Below are positions 58,001 to 64,000 of a stretch of 64,000 bases of DNA, piece by piece. How positions within the stretch are numbered: the stretch's first letter is position 1; each line of letters starts with the position of its first letter. Made by a program: the position numbers and the translations under genes. Source of the stretch: Blastocystis sp. Blastoise (Eukaryota; Protista; Bigyra: Opalinata); contig JBBPEB010000027.1 in NCBI GenBank assembly GCA_039096225.1, positions 930,001 to 994,000 of the forward strand, given 5' to 3'. The notes below the pieces were generated by a model, which worked only from the letters and a program-made list of their open reading frames with translations, was not told where the DNA came from and made no database searches.

Positions 58001-61000
58001 AGAAACAGTATTAGAACAAACTTGATGAATAACATCTTTACAACTAGCACCACTTAATAAATCATTTTGAGTAAAGTTACTAGAATAAGTACTATTTAAC
58101 CAATTCATCAATTCAACAGAAGCTAATGAATCAATACCTAATTCAGTAAGAGCAGTTTCTATATCAACTTCATCTTTTTCACAACCTAATAAATAAGCTA
58201 CTTTTTCTTGAATAGGTCCTTGAACTTCATTTTCTGAATAGTGATTTGAAGAAATAGAAGAAGATGAAGATTGAATTTGAATAGTATTAACTACAGGTGT
58301 AGAAACAGGAATAGTAGTTACAGGAGCAACAATAGTAGCTACAGGAGAAATAGTAGTAACAGTATTAACTGGAGTTGAAGTACTTGTACTACCTGAAGTA
58401 CTTAATTTGGTAAATAATTCATTACAAGAAATACCACTAAGAATATCATTTTGAGTAAATGATGTATTATAAGTACTATTTAACCAATTCATTAATTCAA
58501 CAGAAGCTAATGAGTCAATACCTAATTCAGTCAAAGGAGCTTGTAAGTCAACTTCATCCTTATCACAACCTAATAAATAAGCTACTTTTTCTTGTATAGC
58601 ATGAATAGCATTTTTATCAATAGGTTTACGAGTTATAGAAACATTACTATTAGTAGCAGCAACAGAAGGAATAGAAACAGTATTAGTAACATTAGATTGA
58701 ATAGAAGAAGGAATAGGAATAGTATTATTAACCTTAGGAATAGAAAGAGGAGTTTGAATAGTATGTTGAATAGCTACATTAACTTTCTTTTCATTAGTAA
58801 AATCTTGAATAGGTATAATCTTATGAATATTAGACGGTGTAGAAATATGAATATTATGAATAAATAAAAGTGAATATTTTACCATATTTAAGAAAGCATC
58901 CCATGAAGGAATATCAAATGTTAAATGAGAAGCATATTTTGATTGATTATTTAATACTGTTTCTAATATAGAACAGACATCATTTACATGAACAGCACGG
59001 AATCCTTTATCATTATTTAAAATTAATTCAAATAAATAAGGTAATTCACTAAGTCTACCAGCTCCTAACATCATAGGTAAATCCATAACAATAGCAGATA
59101 AACCATTCTTTCTTCTATATTCAGCTAAATTACATAAATAACTATTAGCTGAAGCATAAACAGATTGCATAGTATTACCATACGTACCAGCAAGAGAACT
59201 ACTCATAAAGAATATATGTAACTTAGGACAATAATCTATACTATATTTATGTAAATAATAGGCACCAAGACTCTTTACATTAAACCCAACTTCATAATCT
59301 TCTTTAGTTACTTTACTTATAGATTGAGCAGTATATTGTGTAGCAAAATGGAAAATACCACCAACAGTATTTTTAATACTACTTAAGAAATTCTTTACTT
59401 CATCTTCTTTACTTAAATCAACTGTTTCAATTTCAATAGAAACAGTTGGATAATCAACTTTTAATTGATCAATAACAATTTGAGAACGATAAGATAAACG
59501 ACCACTAGAACCTGTTAATAGAATATGACGAGCACCTTTTTGAATAGCCCAACTAGCTACAAATAAACCAACACCACGAGTAGCACCAGTAAATACATAT
59601 GTATAATTAGAATTAAAAATAGTAGAAGAAGGTTTTAATTTGTTTAAATCAGGTTTATAATCTTTATCAATAGATAATACAATTTTACCTTCATGTTTAC
59701 CAGCAGCCATCTTTCTAAAAATAGAAGGTCCTTCTTGTAAAGGAACAATAGTAGTTTCAATAGGATGTAATTCTCCTGATTCTAATAAAGTAACTACTTC
59801 TAATAATATTTGACGCATTTTATCTGGATGACTAACAGCTAATAAATCTAAATGAGTACTATAATAAGTAATATTTTCTTTCATATATTTTAAATTTATA
59901 GGATTTCCTTCCATAATATCACGTTTTCCTATTTCAACAAATTTACCACAACAAGCAAGACATTTGAAACTTTCTTCCATTCCTTTACCTGCAATAGAAT
60001 TCAATACAATATCAACACCACGGCCTTTAGTATAGTTCATAACTTCTTTAACAAATGTTTCAGGTTTATGAGAATCAATAACATAATCGACTTTAAAATC
60101 ATTTAATAAAGTATTACGTTTTGCTTCAGAACCAGCAGAAGCAATAATAATAGCACCAGCACGTTTAGCTAATTGAATAGCAGATTGACCAACACCACCT
60201 ATAGCACTATGTATTAAAACAATATCATCTTTTTGAATATGAGCCATGGTTACTAAACAATAATAAGCAGTAGCCATAACACCTAAGAAACCACTAGCTA
60301 TAGTTAAATCAACATTAGAAGGAGCTTTTACTATTTCAGTATATTTACAAACAGCACTTGTACCCATCATACTCTGACGAATACTACGTCCTTTTTCAGT
60401 ACTAAAACTTAAACAAAGAACTTGATCACCTATTTGAATATCACATTTTTCTTTAGCTATAGAACCAATTTCAGTGACAATACCACTACATTCTAAACCC
60501 ATAACAGGTTCGAAATCCTTTAACATATTCATTGCTAACATAATATCTTTAAAATGAAGAGCAATACCATTAACATTAACACGTATTTCTTCAGGCATTA
60601 AACCTTCAATAGTTTTATCAATTTGATGGAAAGATAAAGTAGATAATTGGCCAGGATGATCAATTTCTAAACGATAATCTATAGAAGATTCAGAAGAATT
60701 AAGTTTAGTTTCATCAGTAATAATAGGTGTATTGATAATATTAAGAGATTGAACAGGAAGAATACGAGGAACGTAAAGAATATCATGAGATAATTTATAT
60801 TCTTTATCACCTTTAGAACAATTACTATTTATAATATAATGAATATAATTAGTAGTAGTCTCAATAGAAGTATCTTCAAGAAGAAGAGAAATAACATTAA
60901 TAGTACTTTCATTACGAATAACACGAGAATAACCAAGATTATTTCCAGTTATTTCATGATCTTTAGTAAGTGTAGAACTAATAAGAAGTAAAGAAATAGA

Positions 61001-64000
61001 AGATTCTAAATGTTTTGATTGTATAAGAGATACAATTTGAGAAGTTAAAATAGGACTATCTGAGCAATCGACAATCCATTTATAATTTTGAATAGTAGTA
61101 GAAAGTGTATCAATAGTAACAGAAGTAAATCCTGAAGAAGAAAGCCAATCAAATAGTTGTCCTTCACCAAGAATACAACTAGTAGTAGAAGATATAGAAG
61201 TATATTTTGATATTTGTTGTTGAATAGAATCAGCAATAGTACATGTAGTAGGTGTAAATATATAACCATTAGGAACAATAAGATATTCACTTGTAATAGT
61301 AGGTAAAGATAATAAAGAGAATATGATATCAATAGAAGCAGAAGGAATAGAAGTTAAAGAAGGATAACTACTACAAGATTGTTTACATGTATATAAAGTA
61401 GGTTCAATAACATTCCAATGAATTATAAGTTGAGGATAATGTTCTTCAATATTATTAATAAATGATTGAAGAGAAATACTATCAGTTCCTAATAATAATA
61501 CAGAATAAACATGATTATTTTGTAATTTTCCAAATAATTGATTAGCAGCTTCTATTTGTTCTTGAGTATTTGAATAAGTAGGTATATCTATAGAAGAAAT
61601 AGAAAGATTTTTTTCTTGATATAATGTATTCATAAGAACAGTATCTTTATTAGGTACAACAGTACGGCTCATTTTTAATCCTCTAACATAAGCAATAATA
61701 GATCCATCTTCATTATATATATCGATATCTCCAGTAACATCAAGAGAAGCAATACTTGTTCCTTTTGTATGAATATAAATAGTATTTGAAGTAGGTTTAT
61801 TTATAAAAATAAATTCTTGTATAAATACAGGTATTAAAGGTTCTGTATTAATACCTAAAGATAATCCAAATGCTTGAAAAGCAGCATCAATAACAATAGG
61901 ATGGAATACACGAGTAGTATCAGGAATAGAAGTAATAGCTATACATTCACCATCTCCTTGATATAATTTCTTAATAGAACGGAAAGAAGGACCAAATTTA
62001 AGATTCATAAAACGATAAACAGCTTTATACATTTTAAGTACATCTACTAATTTTGTACAATTCTTTTTAGCTTCTTCAAGTCCATTTTCAGATAATTGAT
62101 GAATAGATAAATCTTTAAGAGGAAGTATATAATGTTTTCCATTCATATAATTACTATTATTATTCATAAATTGATAATTATGATCATTATTACAAAGAGA
62201 CATAGTAAGAGGAGTAGAAAGAGAAGGCCAAATCATCATTCTATTAAATGATAATTGTTGTAAATCAATATAATTAGTTTTTCCTAATGAAGAAAGTAAG
62301 GTATTATTTAATTGAATTTCTAAACTTAAAGATACATATAAAGCACCAGGTAAAACAATCATATTTTTTACTTTATGATCTTCAATATAAGAAAATTCTT
62401 CTTGAGTTAAAGTAACTTCATTATTTAATGAAGAAGAAAGAGTAGGATAAGAAGGAACATTTATAGGAACTTGAATATAAACAGGTTTTTCAACAGGTTT
62501 TTCAACTATTTTCTCCACAACTTTTTCAACTACTTTTTCAACTATTTTTACTTGAGAATTATTATTATTAAATGAATTAAAATTTGATTGATTTCCAGAT
62601 AAAGAATTCTTACGATCTTCTTCTAATTGTTTTACATAATCTTTTCCTTTAAGCATTTCATCCCAAACAGGACCTCTATATCTCTTATTATGTCTCCAAG
62701 GATAAGAAGGAACCAGAGCACGACAAGGTTTTACATCATATAAACAACTCCAATTAATATCTATACCTTGTACATATAAAGATCCTAATAATTTATAGAT
62801 TTCATGAACATCATTAACCTTCTTTCTTAAAGTATTAAAATAAGGTTTTGTAGGTAATTCTTCTTTAATATAACTTCTTAATACAGAATGAGGATCAATT
62901 TCAATAATTATATCACAATAAGGATCCATAAGATGAAGTGCTTTCATAAATTGAACAGTACCACGAATATTATGCCACCAATAATCTACATCTAAAGGAG
63001 TATCCACTAATGTACCTAAAGCACTACTAGCAAATATACATTGAGGAGAAGTAGTTTTTAATACAGGTAAAAGATGTTCATAGAATTCTTCTTTCATATC
63101 TTCCATATGGAAAGAATGATAAGCATGATTTATAGGTAATTTAACAAAGAAAATATTTTTTTCTTTACAATAAGTACCTACTTTATCAACAGCTTCAATA
63201 TCACCAGAAATAGTAACACTAGATTTTGTATTTACACCAGCTAAAGAAATATGTTCAACAAGATTTAATTCTTTTAAGATTTCCATAGTTTGAGTATCAC
63301 TAATACCAACAGCAGCCATAGCACCATATTTCATTTTTCCTTGTCCAGCAGCTCTTTCTACAGTTAATTTTGCAAGCATCATAGGATCAAAAGCACCTGC
63401 AGCTGAAGAAGCAACCATTTCACCAGTAGAATGACCCATAACAGCAGAAGGATGAATACCACAAGCATTTAATAAAGTAACTAATGATTGTTGAATTAAT
63501 ACAATACAAGGTAATACAATAGTAACATCCATTAAATAATCTTCTTTCATAGGTTCATCTCCAAATAAACCATAATCTTTCATTAATGATTTTCCAGATA
63601 ATCTTTGGAATTCTTGATCCCATTGATCAGCAGCTTCTCTAAATACACGGAAAGCACGATATAAATATTTACCCATTTCAGGATGTTGAGATCCTTGACC
63701 ACCAAAACAGAAACCTATACGAGGAGGAGTAGGGATTTTATCATTTTTAACAAAAGTTTCATTCTTTTCAAATAAATTATTTGAATCTTTTCCCATTAAT
63801 ACTTTTCTATATTTTTCAGCATGAGAATATTTAGAATAAGTTTGAATAGTCTCATATAATTCTTGTTGATTAATTTGAGTCCATTCTTTAATTTCTTCAT
63901 CAATACCTTCTTCATAATGACTACTTAAAGGTAAAACCATATATTCAGTTTTATGTTCATTTACATTAGAATGAACTTCTAAAGAAGAATCAACTTCACG
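53651..64000 (-). CDS. Type I polyketide synthase, 5'-truncated by the window: [KS presumed outside]-AT-DH-(degenerate region)-ER-KR-ACPx5-ECH-ECH-HMG-CoA synthase
   Basis: Reading frame is open to base 64000 with no introns. AT: FGGQGSQ, GHSTG, HAYHS. DH: HKVKNMIVLPG, DAAFQ. ER: LIHSAIGGVG. KR: TGATRGVG, YASAN. Five LGIDSLASVEL ACPs, two crotonase domains, and HMGS motifs EVGTE, ACYGGTAAL and FSYGSG. Confidence 0.96.
54980..55085 (-). repeat. Coding (AAT)n repeat giving a poly-Asn linker between ECH2 and HMGS
   Basis: Three SINNNN... units within the PKS ORF. Confidence 0.9.
56790..58600 (-). repeat. Five near-identical ACP-coding units (~190 bp) separated by S/T/P/V-rich linkers
   Basis: EKVAYLLGC.K.EVD...LTELGIDSLASVELMNWLNSTY...FTQND.LSG at ~58410-58600, 58030-58215, 57620-57810, 57200-57390 and 56790-56985. 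Confidence 0.95.

Noticed and set aside
56790-58600. Regularly spaced ~190-bp repeats as a possible mobile element or CRISPR-like array
   Set aside because: They are in-frame ACP domains of the PKS.

Overview
Very AT-rich, intron-rich eukaryotic DNA in the standard genetic code, with no CRISPR array, rRNA, tRNA or transposon that I can recognise. By hand-splicing GT..AG introns (typical ends GTATATA...TATATAG) I reconstructed 19 genes: RABGGTB (truncated at the left edge), NOB1, an intronless aspartate ammonia-lyase with a mitochondrial-type presequence, a PDZ+PH protein, galactokinase, a very large ARM/HEAT-like protein, pinin, a Gemin8-like protein, an ML/NPC2 protein, DPH2, NDUFS8, CCDC12/Cwf18, a proline-rich protein, an Afi1/MesA-like DENN protein, RRP36, a secreted sialate O-acetylesterase, a signal-anchored unknown, LAMTOR1 and a UEV-pseudokinase. 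A 20th gene, a type I PKS, runs off the right edge. Gene content suggests an AT-rich gut stramenopile such as Blastocystis or a relative; this is inference only. Most short ORFs in the supplied track are translations of intronic microsatellites. The top finding is the intronless cis-AT reducing PKS, whose C-terminus (5 tandem ACPs, ECH1, ECH2, eukaryote-type HMG-CoA synthase) looks like a beta-branching cassette fused into one polypeptide. Also notable: five splice sites where the invariant G is replaced by exactly the base found in the spliced mRNA, a 5'-to-3' increase in intron length, a recurrent TCCCGCG motif that runs against codon bias, a tail-anchored galactokinase, a CCCH finger inserted in NOB1, and a divergent Gemin8. 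All coordinates were counted by hand and may be off by a few bases.
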